This document shows positions 20,202-30,496 of a DNA stretch of 64,000 bases, piece by piece. The stretch is from an uncultured Christensenella sp. GTDB taxonomy: Bacteria; Bacillota; Clostridia; Christensenellales; DTU072. The notes under the pieces are model-generated. The model did no database searches, was not told the origin of the DNA, and was given only the letters and a program-made list of their open reading frames with translations. Location: contig CAYQKV010000002.1 of the NCBI GenBank assembly GCA_964418255.1, forward strand, positions 178,003-242,002. The letters run 5' to 3'. Positions within the stretch are counted from its first letter, which is position 1; each line of letters starts with the position of its first letter. The position numbers and the translations under genes were made by a program.

Positions 20202-23200
20202 ATGAAAGGGAAAAGGCAAAGAATAAATAAAATCATTCTGTGCGCCGCCGCGATTACGGCGGTCTTTCTCGTTGCGTTTTTAACCGCCTGTTCGGGAGAA
20301 ATCACGTCGCTCGGTCTGAAAGAAACCGCGCTTACCGTAAACTTGAACGAAAGCGTGGATTTAGCCGATTACGTCGTAAAAGAGGGGCGTGGAAAAGTTA
20401 TGTACTCGGCGGAAAACGCCGATATAATAGAACTCAAAGGCTCGGTAGTCAAAGGACTGAAAGAGGGAAACGCGGCGGTAATGATTATGGGCGGCGATTT
20501 TACCGCCCGTATCGCGATAACGGTAAAAGACGGGAGAACGGTGAAACTGTCTTTCCCCGACGTCACCGCTTTTTACAGCGGAAACAAATACAACATAACG
20601 CCCGAGGGAAGTTTCCCAGAGGGAACGGAAATACGTTATTTCTGCGGAGGAGTAGCGTTTACGGGCGCGACGGAAGCGGGCAGATACGAAATCACCGCGG
20701 AAGTCAAAGTGCCCGACGGATACAATCTTATATGCGACGATTTTAACGCCGTGCTGACGATAAACAAAGCGCACTACGATATGTCGGGCGTAAGTTTTTC
20801 GAACAGAACGTTCGCTTACGACGGAACGGAAAAAACCGTGACGATAAGCGGAGTTCTTCCCGAGGGAATAGCCGTTACTTACAAAAATAACCGCGGAACA
20901 GAAGCGGGAACTTACCGCGCGACGGCCGAGTTTTCGGGAGAGAATATAAATTACGAAAAAATAGGCGCAATGACGAGCGTGCTTACGATAGAACCCGCCG
21001 TGGTAGCGCTTTCCGACAAGGGCGCGGGTTCTTTCGAAAAGACCTACGACGGAGAAGATTTCGTCGCGGAAGTAACCGATTTACCCGAGGGCGCGAGCGC
21101 GCAGTATTTCGTGCGAACCGAAAAAGAAAACGGGGGAACGGAAATTAAACCTTGCAACGAACCGCCCGTGTTTGCGGACGCGGGAGAATACGTATGGTAC
21201 GTCAAAATCACCGCGGAAAAGAAAACGTACGAAAATTATCGGTTCACCACGGAAAACGAAATAGTCGAGCTTAAAGGAAACGAGGACGGTAAGTATATTT
21301 CCGACTATATTCCGATTTCGGTTAAGATAAAAAAAGCCGCGCTAAACGAAGGAAAATTCGTTTTGAGAAAGGGCGAAGAAATCGTAACGGACGCGATTTA
21401 CGGCGAGGAAATAACGATAGGAGATGAGAGCGAGGGGTATTCCCTCAAAGTGGAAGGAGACCTTCCTCTGGGCGCGAAAAACGAGTTCGACGGCAGAGTG
21501 ACGGTAAATTATAAAATAAGCGGAAACGAAGATTTCGAGTCCGTTAAAAATCAATTCGGGAACCTTGACAGCGGCTTATATATCGTAACCGCAACGTACG
21601 GAATGCCCGAAAATTACGACAAAAACTATATCGCGCTTAGCGAAATAACTTTCAATCTGAGGATAAACAAAGCGACTTACGACTGTTCGGGGATGACTTT
21701 CGGAACGGCGGAAACCGAGGCGGAGTACGACGGAACGGTCCGAGTAATCGAAGTCGAAGGTTATGACCCAGAGGAAATTTCCGTAAGATACGTCATAAGG
21801 AAAAACGGCATAACGGAAAGCGAAATTCTTCACGCGGGGAAATACTCAGTCACCGCGAAATTTACGATTATACAGGACGCGGCGAACTACAATTCCATAT
21901 CCGACAGGACGGTGAATTTTACCGTGAACCCGAAAAAAATCGCGATAAACGAAGTGACTTTCGCGGGCGCGGAAACGGTGTACGACGGACAGCCGGTCGA
22001 AGTCGCCGTCGTTGCGAAAAACGGTTTGCCCGATAAAGTAACCGTCGAATATCCGAAAGGGAACGCGTTTACAAACGCGGGCGTTTACGACGCGGTCGCG
22101 AAGTTCCGCTTCGGCGATGGGGAAGAAGACGAAGGCGACTATTCTTTCGTTATCAACGGAACGCAGGTTTCTTCGCTCGGCGCGCGCGTTACGATAAAAA
22201 AAGCCGATTTTACAAGCGACAACGTCGGAAGCATCAAGCCGGAAAGCGGTCTTACTTATTTCTTCGGAATGAAACTTTCCGACGTAGGGTTTGTAAGCAA
22301 CGAAAACGGCTTTATAGCGTGGGAGAACCCCGATTTGCTTATCGGGGAGATGACTCCGACGGGCGAAGTAACCGACGGGATTTACTTTGCGTACGCCGTG
22401 TATAATGAAGATAAAAGAAATTACAACGATTACCGCGCGAGGGTCGCGATAACCTTGAAAAAAGCGGAGATTGATTTGACGGGCACGGCGATTAACGACC
22501 AGTTCGTCGCAAGAAACGCTTCTCCCGTCGTTGCGTTCGGAACGAGAGATTATAGCGACGAAACGAAAACGCTCGTCGAATGGACGGGCTCGAACCTTGC
22601 CACCGTAACGGTGACGGGAGAAAAAAGCGGCAATTACATAATAAAAGGAAATACCGTTTTCGAAAACGTAAAACTATATCTCTACGACCCGACGGAGTAT
22701 TCCTATAAAGCGGGAAGTACGCTTATGACGGCGTATAAAGGCGCGGCGACGATAATTTCCCTTCCTTACGGAACCACGGAGACAAGCTCGCGTATTTTCG
22801 ATTCGAGCAGCCGTACGGTTGCGCCGGTTACGCAGATTATAGTGCCCGAAACGGTAGTTTTGTTGCCCGAAAATACGTTTTACGGCGCGACTTATCTTGA
22901 AAAACTGATTTTCGAGTCGGTGGCGTGTACGCCCGATTATTTCCAGAAACTCTTCGGCGCGGCGAAACCCGACGGAGTTAAAGTAACGGTAAAAACCGAC
23001 AAAGAAATAGCGGCTAAAAAGTTTTACGGAACGGACTGCGTCGGTGAAATCGAATACCTTTCGCCCGTATCGCGCATAGGCGCGGAGGCGTTCGGCGGGT
23101 GTACCTCGCTTAAAAAATTCGTTTACGATTGTTCGGAACTGGAAACAGTCGGAGATTACGCGTTCAACGGTTGTATCGCGCTCGAAAGTCTTACTCTGCC

Positions 23201-24056
23201 GTCGATGACGGACGGAGAGGGCAACCCCGTCGCGCTTTCGTATTACTTCGACGTTTTCACTCAGATGTCGAAATATTCCCTCGCCGCGGTGTCAATCGCT
23301 ACGGATAAGCCTTACGAACTCGCCGATTACGCGTTCGCTTATATGGCTTCGATTAAGAGAATAAATCTGTCTCCGTCGCTTGCGGCGATAGGTAAATACG
23401 CTTTCCGTGACGTTACCGCGGATATAGACCTGTCCGATTGCCCGATTACCGAACTCGGAACGTACGCGTTCGCGGGATACGCGGGGGCGAAGGTACGGTT
23501 GCCGTCTAACCTTGCGAAAATAGGGGCTTACGCGTTCAAAGACGCGGCGAACCTTGCGGAAGTAAGCATACCCGCGGGAGTGAACGCGATGGGAAGAGAG
23601 GCTTTTTCGGGATGCAAAGCGGAAATCGAATTTCTCGGGTACTCGCTCGGCGAAATCGGAGAAAGGGCGTTTTACGGATATGCGGGAACAACGGTAAACC
23701 TGCCGTCGTCGGTTGCGGTTATCGGAAAAGAGGCGTTCGCGTCGTCTTCGATAGAAAAAATTTCCCTTGTCGGGATAACGGAAATATGCGAAAGCGCGTT
23801 CCGCGATTGCGTCAATATGACGGAGTTTACCGTAAACGCCGAGACGGCGAAACTCGGGGCTTACGCGTTCGCAGGATGCTATAAACTTACTTCGATAACT
23901 TTCGAAGGGCTTAACCCGCCGACCGCGGCGAACAGAGTTTTCGATACAGGCGGCGCGGTGATAACTATGTACGTGAAAACCAACGAAACCGCTTTCAGAA
24001 ATTATTTCGAAGATTGCAAAGCGGGCGGGCATTATATCATTTCGATAATCAGATAA
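20202..24056 (+). CDS. Large surface lipoprotein with an Ig-like/MBG-type repeat region and C-terminal BspA-type leucine-rich repeats (1284 aa)
   Basis: It has a lipobox signal (FLVAFLTAC|SGE) and a repeated ...YDG(T/E/Q)... module in the middle. The C-terminal repeats have the form IGxxAFxGCxxLxxIxLP. Confidence 0.75.
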   Translation: MKGKRQRINKIILCAAAITAVFLVAFLTACSGEITSLGLKETALTVNLNESVDLADYVVKEGRGKVMYSAENADIIELKGSVVKGLKEGNAAVMIMGGDFTARIAITVKDGRTVKLSFPDVTAFYSGNKYNITPEGSFPEGTEIRYFCGGVAFTGATEAGRYEITAEVKVPDGYNLICDDFNAVLTINKAHYDMSGVSFSNRTFAYDGTEKTVTISGVLPEGIAVTYKNNRGTEAGTYRATAEFSGENINYEKIGAMTSVLTIEPAVVALSDKGAGSFEKTYDGEDFVAEVTDLPEGASAQYFVRTEKENGGTEIKPCNEPPVFADAGEYVWYVKITAEKKTYENYRFTTENEIVELKGNEDGKYISDYIPISVKIKKAALNEGKFVLRKGEEIVTDAIYGEEITIGDESEGYSLKVEGDLPLGAKNEFDGRVTVNYKISGNEDFESVKNQFGNLDSGLYIVTATYGMPENYDKNYIALSEITFNLRINKATYDCSGMTFGTAETEAEYDGTVRVIEVEGYDPEEISVRYVIRKNGITESEILHAGKYSVTAKFTIIQDAANYNSISDRTVNFTVNPKKIAINEVTFAGAETVYDGQPVEVAVVAKNGLPDKVTVEYPKGNAFTNAGVYDAVAKFRFGDGEEDEGDYSFVINGTQVSSLGARVTIKKADFTSDNVGSIKPESGLTYFFGMKLSDVGFVSNENGFIAWENPDLLIGEMTPTGEVTDGIYFAYAVYNEDKRNYNDYRARVAITLKKAEIDLTGTAINDQFVARNASPVVAFGTRDYSDETKTLVEWTGSNLATVTVTGEKSGNYIIKGNTVFENVKLYLYDPTEYSYKAGSTLMTAYKGAATIISLPYGTTETSSRIFDSSSRTVAPVTQIIVPETVVLLPENTFYGATYLEKLIFESVACTPDYFQKLFGAAKPDGVKVTVKTDKEIAAKKFYGTDCVGEIEYLSPVSRIGAEAFGGCTSLKKFVYDCSELETVGDYAFNGCIALESLTLPSMTDGEGNPVALSYYFDVFTQMSKYSLAAVSIATDKPYELADYAFAYMASIKRINLSPSLAAIGKYAFRDVTADIDLSDCPITELGTYAFAGYAGAKVRLPSNLAKIGAYAFKDAANLAEVSIPAGVNAMGREAFSGCKAEIEFLGYSLGEIGERAFYGYAGTTVNLPSSVAVIGKEAFASSSIEKISLVGITEICESAFRDCVNMTEFTVNAETAKLGAYAFAGCYKLTSITFEGLNPPTAANRVFDTGGAVITMYVKTNETAFRNYFEDCKAGGHYIISIIR

Positions 24057-24285
24057 CTTTTCGGAATTTATCTTGTAACGAGAACGGTTTTTTTTGCGCG
24101 ATTTAAGCGCGCATTTTTACATTATTATATAAGGATAAGAGAACCGACCGTTTCCGACCGAAAACCGCGGGAAGCGCGAGCGCGAAAAAAAGCGCGACAC
24201 ACACGGCAAGGGGCGCGGATAGAAGTATGGAATAAAAAAGTTCGGTTTTTTAACTGAAAAAATCGCAGGTTTAACCGAAAAACGT

Positions 24286-24315
24286 TTGACAAGGCGAGCC
24301 GCCGTGTGATATTAT
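24286..24315 (+). promoter_or_regulatory. Promoter of the S10 operon
   Basis: TTGACA (24286-24291), an 18-nt spacer, then the extended -10 TGaTATTAT (24307-24315). The leader to rpsJ is ~170 nt. Confidence 0.55.
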
Positions 24316-24483
24316 ACCAGTTGCCGTAAAGGGAAGATGTAGGAGGTTACCGACACACACGGATAGTTTCTACGGACTTACGCGCCGCGAGACGGGGCGA
24401 CTAACTGAGGCGGAAGGCTGCCGACCGGAAGCTGAAATACGGCGAAAAAAAATCGTTAGGCAAAAATACAGGAGGTAAGAAAA

Positions 24484-24792
24484 ATGGCAGGTCAAAAGAT
24501 TAGGATTAAATTGAAAGCCTATGACCACAATCTGATTGACAATTCGGCGGCTAAAATCGTAGACGCCGTTAAGCGTACCGGCGCGAGCATTTCGGGACCG
24601 ATACCGTTGCCGACAGAGAAAGAAATCGTTACGATTTTGCGCGCTACGCATAAGTACAAGGACGCACGCGAACAGTTCGAACTGCGCACGCACAAAAGAC
24701 TTATCGACATTTACAACGCTACGGGAAAGACTACGGAGGCTCTTATGAAGCTCGACTTACCCGCGGGCGTCGATATTCAGATTAAGTTATAA
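24484..24792 (+). CDS. rpsJ: 30S ribosomal protein S10 (uS10)
   Basis: N-terminus [23 protein letters not shown], and first gene of the S10 cluster. Confidence 0.97.
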   Translation: MAGQKIRIKLKAYDHNLIDNSAAKIVDAVKRTGASISGPIPLPTEKEIVTILRATHKYKDAREQFELRTHKRLIDIYNATGKTTEALMKLDLPAGVDIQIKL

Positions 24793-24806
24793 ACAGGAGG
24801 CTTGTT

Positions 24807-25448
24807 ATGAACAAAGGCATTTTAGGACGCAAATTGGGAATGAGCCAGATTTTTACGGAAAACGGACAGATGATACCCGTTACCGTAATCGAGGCGGGTC
24901 CCTGCTCGGTAGTTCAAATCAAGACCGTTGCGAAAGAGGGATACGACGCGGTTCAGCTCGGTTTTGCGGACGCGAAACAGAGTAAAGACGGCAAATATCC
25001 TCGCGTAACCAAACCTCTCGAAGGACATTATGCGAAAGCGGGCGTCGCCCCCAAAAAATATCTTCACGAATTCCGTTTCGACAGTATGGAAGGATACGAA
25101 GTGGGCGGCACGGTTACCTGCGACAAATTCGCGATAGGAGACAAAGTCGCGGTTGTGGGCAAAACGCGAGGCAGAGGTTACACGGGCGTTATTCAGAGAT
25201 GGAATCAGCAGAGAGTGGGTTCTATGTCTCACGGTACCGGACCTATCCACAGGTCGGTCGGTTCTATGAGCGCGAACTCCGACCCCAGCAGAGTTTTCAA
25301 GAACAAACATATGCCGGGTCAATACGGTAACGAACAGGTTACGATTAAGAACCTCGAAGTAGTGCGTATCGACTCCGCTCGCAATCTGCTTTTCGTTAAA
25401 GGCGGTATTCCCGGACCCAAAGGCAGTTTCGTGATTGTCAAGGCGTAA
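24807..25448 (+). CDS. rplC: 50S ribosomal protein L3 (uL3)
   Basis: N-terminus GILGRKLGMSQIF and conserved operon position. Confidence 0.97.
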   Translation: MNKGILGRKLGMSQIFTENGQMIPVTVIEAGPCSVVQIKTVAKEGYDAVQLGFADAKQSKDGKYPRVTKPLEGHYAKAGVAPKKYLHEFRFDSMEGYEVGGTVTCDKFAIGDKVAVVGKTRGRGYTGVIQRWNQQRVGSMSHGTGPIHRSVGSMSANSDPSRVFKNKHMPGQYGNEQVTIKNLEVVRIDSARNLLFVKGGIPGPKGSFVIVKA

Positions 25449-25462
25449 GGAGGAGGTAGAAA

Positions 25463-26083
25463 ATGGAATTAAAAGTTTTCAACACGTTAGGAAAAGAGGT
25501 CGGCTCGGTGACGGTAAGCGACAAAGTATTCGGAGCGGAATACAACGAGGCGCTTATTCATCAGGTCGTCGTCGCTCAGCTTGCAAATAAAAGACAAGGA
25601 ACGAAGAGCACTCTTACCCGTACCGAAGTAAGCGGAGGCGGTATCAAACCGTGGAGACAGAAAGGAACGGGCAGAGCGAGACAGGGAAGCATCCGTTCTC
25701 CTCAGTGGAGACACGGCGGCGTGGTTTTCGCGCCGAAGCCGAGAGACTTCTCCAAAAAAATCAACAAGAGAATGAAAGCCGCCGCTATGGTGAGCACGCT
25801 CAGTCAGAAAGTGAGACAGGACGAAATCGTCGTGCTCGACAAGATAGAGCTTGCGGAAGGAAAAACCAGACTTATGGCGGAAATCTGCAAAAATCTCGAC
25901 GCGGGAAAGAAAGCGTTGTTCGTACTCGGTTCGGAGAACGAAAACGTGGTAAGAGCGACCAACAACCTTCCCGAAGCCGCCGTGTGCGACGCAAGCCTCG
26001 TCAACGTATACGATTTGGTGAGAGCGGGCAAAGTGTTCGTTACGGTGGACGCGATTAAAGTAATCGAGGAGGCAAACGAATAA
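25463..26083 (+). CDS. rplD: 50S ribosomal protein L4 (uL4)
   Basis: Contains KPWRQKGTGRARQGS and sits at the expected operon position. Confidence 0.96.
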   Translation: MELKVFNTLGKEVGSVTVSDKVFGAEYNEALIHQVVVAQLANKRQGTKSTLTRTEVSGGGIKPWRQKGTGRARQGSIRSPQWRHGGVVFAPKPRDFSKKINKRMKAAAMVSTLSQKVRQDEIVVLDKIELAEGKTRLMAEICKNLDAGKKALFVLGSENENVVRATNNLPEAAVCDASLVNVYDLVRAGKVFVTVDAIKVIEEANE

Positions 26084-26373
26084 TGACAGCTTACGACGTT
26101 ATCAAGAAACCGGTTCTCAGCGAAAAAAGCTACGCGGGAATACCGGGAAAGAATTACACGTTCATCGTTGACAAAAAAGCGACTAAGTTCGATATAAAAG
26201 CCGCCGTTGAACAGGCGTTCGGAGTTAAAGTGGCGAAAGTCAACGTGGTAAACTACGACGGCAAAATCAAGCGTATGGGAAGAAACGAAGGCAGACAGTC
26301 GTCTTTCAAGAAGGCTTACGTTAAGCTCACCGAGGACAGCAAGCCCATCGAATTCTTCGAGAGCTTATCATAA
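26083..26373 (+). CDS. rplW: 50S ribosomal protein L23 (uL23)
   Basis: Contains DVIKKPVLSEKS and sits at the expected operon position. Confidence 0.95.
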   Translation: MTAYDVIKKPVLSEKSYAGIPGKNYTFIVDKKATKFDIKAAVEQAFGVKVAKVNVVNYDGKIKRMGRNEGRQSSFKKAYVKLTEDSKPIEFFESLS

Positions 26374-26391
26374 CAAGGGAGGTTCAACAAA

Positions 26392-27219
26392 ATGGGTATT
26401 AAAAGATTTAAGGCGATAACTCCCGCCCGCAGACAGTACACGGTAAGCGATTTTGCGGAACTTTCGGGAAGCAAGCCCGAAAGAAGTTTGCTTGAAAGCA
26501 AAAGCAAGACCGGCGGAAGAAACGCTACCGGAAGAATAACGGTAAGACATATCGGCGGCGGTAACAGACAGAAATACCGTAAAATCGATTTCAAACGCAA
26601 CAAGGACGGAATTCCCGCTACGGTAAAATCGGTCGAATACGACCCGAACCGTTCGGCGAACATCGCGCTCGTAGCTTACGCGGACGGAGAAAAGAAATAC
26701 ATTCTCGCTCCTCTCGGACTTACCGTAGGCGATAAAATCGTCAGCGGGGAAGGCGCGGACATCAAAGTGGGAAACTGCTTGAAGCTCAAAGACATTCCCG
26801 TAGGTACGATGGTTCATAACATCGAGTTCCAGCCGAACAAAGGCGGACAGATTGCGAGAAGCGCGGGAAGCGCGGCGCAGCTTATGGCAAAGGAAAACGG
26901 CAAAGCGACGCTCCGTATGCCCAGCGGCGAAATGCGTTATATCCCTCTCGAATGCAGAGCTACGATAGGACAGGTCGGAAACCTCGAGCACGAAATCGTA
27001 AGCCTCGGCAAAGCGGGACGTAAAAGACATATGGGCGTTAAGCCGACCGTACGCGGCGTAGTTATGAATCCTTGCGACCATAAGCACGGCGGCGGCGAGG
27101 GCAAGAGCCCGATAGGCTTGCCCGGACCTGTAACTCCGTGGGGTAAACCCGCGCTCGGTTACAAGACGCGCAAGAAGAAGAAACCTTCTTCGAGATTCAT
27201 AATCAAACGTATAAATTAG
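26392..27219 (+). CDS. rplB: 50S ribosomal protein L2 (uL2)
   Basis: Contains [16 protein letters not shown] and [13 protein letters not shown]. Confidence 0.97.
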   Translation: MGIKRFKAITPARRQYTVSDFAELSGSKPERSLLESKSKTGGRNATGRITVRHIGGGNRQKYRKIDFKRNKDGIPATVKSVEYDPNRSANIALVAYADGEKKYILAPLGLTVGDKIVSGEGADIKVGNCLKLKDIPVGTMVHNIEFQPNKGGQIARSAGSAAQLMAKENGKATLRMPSGEMRYIPLECRATIGQVGNLEHEIVSLGKAGRKRHMGVKPTVRGVVMNPCDHKHGGGEGKSPIGLPGPVTPWGKPALGYKTRKKKKPSSRFIIKRIN

Positions 27220-27229
27220 GAGGACGCAA

Positions 27230-27508
27230 ATGAGCAGAGCTAATAAGATGCCTTACGTTGAGAAGAGTCTGAAAACGAAAATTCTCAAAATGAACGAGGC
27301 AAACGAAAAGAAAGTAATCAAGACGTGGTCGCGCGCCTCCACGATATATCCCGAGTTTGTCGGACATACGATAGCGGTGCACGACGGAAAGAAACACGTT
27401 CCCGTATATATCACCGAAGATATGGTAGGACTCAAACTTGGCGAATTCGCGCCCACCCGTACCTTCCGCGGACACGCCGGAAGCAAAACGACAGGCGGAA
27501 AGAATTAG
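27230..27508 (+). CDS. rpsS: 30S ribosomal protein S19 (uS19)
   Basis: Contains [17 protein letters not shown]. Confidence 0.96.
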   Translation: MSRANKMPYVEKSLKTKILKMNEANEKKVIKTWSRASTIYPEFVGHTIAVHDGKKHVPVYITEDMVGLKLGEFAPTRTFRGHAGSKTTGGKN

Positions 27509-27518
27509 GAGGTAACAA

Positions 27519-27902
27519 ATGGGCAGAACTTACGCAAAAGCGGTAAAGAGAGCGGAGAATAAGGACAGAAGACCTATGGCGAAAGCGAGGTACATCCGTA
27601 TTTCTCCCTACAAAGTAAGAGCGGTGCTGGACGTTATCAGAGGTAAAAAGTACAGAGAAGCGGTAGCAATCCTCGAAAACCTCAACAAATCGAGCAGCGA
27701 GCCGATACTCAAAGTGGTAAAGAGCGCGGGCGCGAACGCCGAGAACAACCTCGGAATGAACGTCGAGACGCTTTACGTAGCGGAGTGCTACGCAGACCAG
27801 GGACCGACGCTCAAAAGATACATTCCGAAAGCGCACGGCAGAGCGGGCGGACTTCTGAAAAGAACCAGCCACATCACAGTCATTCTTGACGAAATCAAAT
27901 AA
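27519..27902 (+). CDS. rplV: 50S ribosomal protein L22 (uL22), with a ~19-aa N-terminal extension
   Basis: The core is [26 protein letters not shown] lies 6 nt before the ATG at 27519, which supports the long form. Confidence 0.93.
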   Translation: MGRTYAKAVKRAENKDRRPMAKARYIRISPYKVRAVLDVIRGKKYREAVAILENLNKSSSEPILKVVKSAGANAENNLGMNVETLYVAECYADQGPTLKRYIPKAHGRAGGLLKRTSHITVILDEIK

Positions 27903-27916
27903 AGGAGGTAAGCGAA

Positions 27917-28594
27917 ATGGGACAGAAAGTTAATCCGCACGGTTTAAGAGTCGGCGTAATATCCGACTGGGATACGCAATGGTATGCCGACAAAAAGAGT
28001 TTCGCTGCATTCCTTAGCGAAGACAATCAGATAAGAAAGGCGCTCAAAGCGAAGTATTACAACGCTTCGATAAGCAAAATTTCCATCGAAAGAGCGGCGA
28101 ACACGATTACCGTAAACATTTTCTGCGGAAGACCGGGCGTAGCTATCGGTAAAGACGCGGCGGGAATTGCCGACATCAAGAAAATCGTGGAAAAAATCGT
28201 GAATAAGAAAGACGATAAGAGCGCGAACAAAACGGTGAACATCAACGTTCTCGAAGTAAAGAAAGTCGATATCGACGCGCAGCTTGCCGCTGAAAGCATC
28301 GCGTCCAGCCTCGAAAAGAGAATCCAGTTCCGCAGAGCTATGAAACAGGTAATGGGAAGAGCTATGAAAGCGGGCGCGAAGGGAATCAAAACGATGGTAA
28401 GCGGACGTCTCGACGGCGCGGAAATCGCGAGAAGCGAGCATTACAGCGAAGGAAGCATTCCTCTGCAAACGCTCAGAGCGAATATCGATTACGGTTTCGC
28501 GGAAGCGAAAACCACCTACGGTATCATCGGCGTAAAAGTATGGATATACAAAGGCGAGGTTTTTGCCAAGCAGAACAAAGGAGGTAACGACTGA
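27917..28594 (+). CDS. rpsC: 30S ribosomal protein S3 (uS3)
   Basis: N-terminus [13 protein letters not shown]. Confidence 0.97.
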   Translation: MGQKVNPHGLRVGVISDWDTQWYADKKSFAAFLSEDNQIRKALKAKYYNASISKISIERAANTITVNIFCGRPGVAIGKDAAGIADIKKIVEKIVNKKDDKSANKTVNINVLEVKKVDIDAQLAAESIASSLEKRIQFRRAMKQVMGRAMKAGAKGIKTMVSGRLDGAEIARSEHYSEGSIPLQTLRANIDYGFAEAKTTYGIIGVKVWIYKGEVFAKQNKGGND

Positions 28595-28596
28595 TT

Positions 28597-29028
28597 ATGT
28601 TAATGCCTAAAAGAGTTAAAAGAAGAAAACAGCAGAGAGGCAGAATGACGGGAAGAGCCAACAAAGGCAACAAGATTGCTTACGGCGAATACGCTCTCGT
28701 CGCTATGGAGCCCAGCTGGATTACGAGCAATCAGATAGAAGCCGCGCGTGTAGCTATGACGAGATACATCAAGCGTGGCGGACAGGTATGGGTGAACATA
28801 TTCCCGCACAAACCCGTTACGAAGAAGCCTGCCGAAACCAGAATGGGTTCGGGAAAAGGCAGCCCGGAGTACTGGGTAGCGGTAGTTAAACCCGACAGAG
28901 TACTGTTCGAAATGGCGGGGATACCCGAAGATGTCGCGAGAGAAGCGCTCAGACTTGCGGCGAACAAACTGCCGATTAAGTGCAAGTTCGTCAAGAAAGC
29001 GGATATGCCCGAAGGAGGAGAACAATAA
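28597..29028 (+). CDS. rplP: 50S ribosomal protein L16 (uL16)
   Basis: N-terminus [17 protein letters not shown]. Confidence 0.96.
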   Translation: MLMPKRVKRRKQQRGRMTGRANKGNKIAYGEYALVAMEPSWITSNQIEAARVAMTRYIKRGGQVWVNIFPHKPVTKKPAETRMGSGKGSPEYWVAVVKPDRVLFEMAGIPEDVAREALRLAANKLPIKCKFVKKADMPEGGEQ

Positions 29029-29273
29029 TGAAAAGCGCAAAGTTTTTTGAAATGAGCACGAAAGAGCTTCAAGATAAACTGACGGAAAAGAAGATGGAAT
29101 TATTCAATCTCCGTTTCAAACACGCTACTCAGCAGCTCAGCAATCCTTCGGTAATGGTAGAATGCAAGAAAGACATCGCAAAAATCAAGACCATTCTCCG
29201 TCAGAGAGAGCTTAACATTTCTTCCGAGCCGGTAAAAGCCGAAAAGGCGACCAGAAAGAGCGCGAAGAAGTAA
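29028..29273 (+). CDS. rpmC: 50S ribosomal protein L29 (uL29), with a basic C-terminal tail
   Basis: Contains ELQDKLTEKKMELFNLRFKHATQQL. The start was set at the ATG at 29028 (TAATG overlap with rplP) instead of the track start at 28980. Confidence 0.92.
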   Translation: MKSAKFFEMSTKELQDKLTEKKMELFNLRFKHATQQLSNPSVMVECKKDIAKIKTILRQRELNISSEPVKAEKATRKSAKK

Positions 29274-29291
29274 TAGAGGAGGAATCGGAAA

Positions 29292-29549
29292 ATGGAAGAA
29301 AGAAATTTGAGAAAGAGCAGAGTAGGGACGGTAGTAAGCGACAAGATGGACAAAACCGTAGTCGTAGCCGTCGTTACCAAGGTTAAACACCCTCTCTATA
29401 AGAAATATATCACCCAAACAAAGAAATTCAAGGCGCACGACGAGCAGAACGAATGCCGCAACGGCGACAAAGTGAAGATTACCGAAACCAGACCTTTGTC
29501 CAAAGATAAATGCTGGCGCGTAGCCGAGATTATCGAAAAGGCTAAATAA
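29292..29549 (+). CDS. rpsQ: 30S ribosomal protein S17 (uS17)
   Basis: Contains [14 protein letters not shown] and [15 protein letters not shown]. Confidence 0.96.
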   Translation: MEERNLRKSRVGTVVSDKMDKTVVVAVVTKVKHPLYKKYITQTKKFKAHDEQNECRNGDKVKITETRPLSKDKCWRVAEIIEKAK

Positions 29550-29564
29550 CAGGAGGAAGCGGAA

Positions 29565-29933
29565 ATGATACAAGCACAAACAAGGTTGAAAGTCGCGGAC
29601 AACTCCGGAGCGAAAGAGATAATGTGCATAAAGGTTATGGGCGGTTCCTTCGTAAGAAGCGGAAATATCGGAGACGTAATCGTCGCTTCGGTTAAATCCG
29701 TTATCCCCAACGGGACGGTAAAGAAGGGACAGGTAGTCAAAGCGGTTATCGTAAGAACGACGAAAGGTATAATGAGACCGGACGGCTCGCATATCAGGTT
29801 CGACGACAACGCGGCGGTTATCATCGATTCGCAGAAACAGCCTGTGGGAACCCGTATTTTCGGACCCATAGCAAGAGAGCTGAGAGATAAAGATTATATG
29901 AAAATCATTTCTCTCGCGCCCGAAGTGCTGTAA
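29565..29933 (+). CDS. rplN: 50S ribosomal protein L14 (uL14)
   Basis: N-terminus [17 protein letters not shown]. Confidence 0.97.
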   Translation: MIQAQTRLKVADNSGAKEIMCIKVMGGSFVRSGNIGDVIVASVKSVIPNGTVKKGQVVKAVIVRTTKGIMRPDGSHIRFDDNAAVIIDSQKQPVGTRIFGPIARELRDKDYMKIISLAPEVL

Positions 29934-29944
29934 GGAGGTAGACA

Positions 29945-30484
29945 ATGAGTTTCAGCGTAAAGAAAGGCGATTACGTAAAGATAATCGCAGGAAACGATAA
30001 AGGCAAATTCGGTCAAATCGTCGCGGTCGACAGAAAAGCGGGGAGAGTTACCGTAGAAGGTAAAGACCTCAGCGTAGTAAAGAAAGCCGTAAGAGCGAGA
30101 AAGGCGTCGGATAAAGCCGGTATAATCGAACTGCCGAAGTCTACCGACATCAGCAACGTTATGCCCGTGTGCGCGGCTTGCGGAAAAGCTACGAGAGTAC
30201 GTCACGCGGAAGTAGACGGCAAGAAAGTCCGTATCTGCGCGAAATGCGGAGCGGTTCTCGAAACCAAGAAAGCCAAGGACGACAAGAAGACCAAAGCTAC
30301 CACGAGAAGGAAGAAGAAGGTCGAAGCGCCCGTAGAAGAAGTCAAAGCGGAAGAAGTCAAGACGGAAGAAGCGAACGCGGAACCCGCCGTTAAGACGACT
30401 ACGAGAAGAAGAAAGAAAGCCGAAGCGCCCGCGGAAGAAGTAACGACCGAAAGCGCAAGCGCGGAAAAAGCGGACGCAGAGTAG
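29945..30484 (+). CDS. rplX: 50S ribosomal protein L24 (uL24), long form with a Cys4 knuckle and a K/E/A-rich C-terminal tail
   Basis: The KOW N-terminus (VKKGDYVKIIAGNDKGKFGQIV) sits at the L24 position. The protein is 179 aa, whereas L24 is usually about 105 aa. Confidence 0.93.
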   Translation: MSFSVKKGDYVKIIAGNDKGKFGQIVAVDRKAGRVTVEGKDLSVVKKAVRARKASDKAGIIELPKSTDISNVMPVCAACGKATRVRHAEVDGKKVRICAKCGAVLETKKAKDDKKTKATTRRKKKVEAPVEEVKAEEVKTEEANAEPAVKTTTRRRKKAEAPAEEVTTESASAEKADAE

Positions 30485-30496
30485 GAGGAACGATAA

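Noticed and set aside
24057-24285. Possible small RNA or terminator between the LRR gene and the S10 promoter (CCGACCG motifs, GCGCGC palindromes, TTCGGTT...AACCGAA inverted repeat).
   Set aside because: I found no stable hairpin + U-tract and no recognisable ncRNA signature. The motifs are short and could be chance or UP-element-like A/T tracts.
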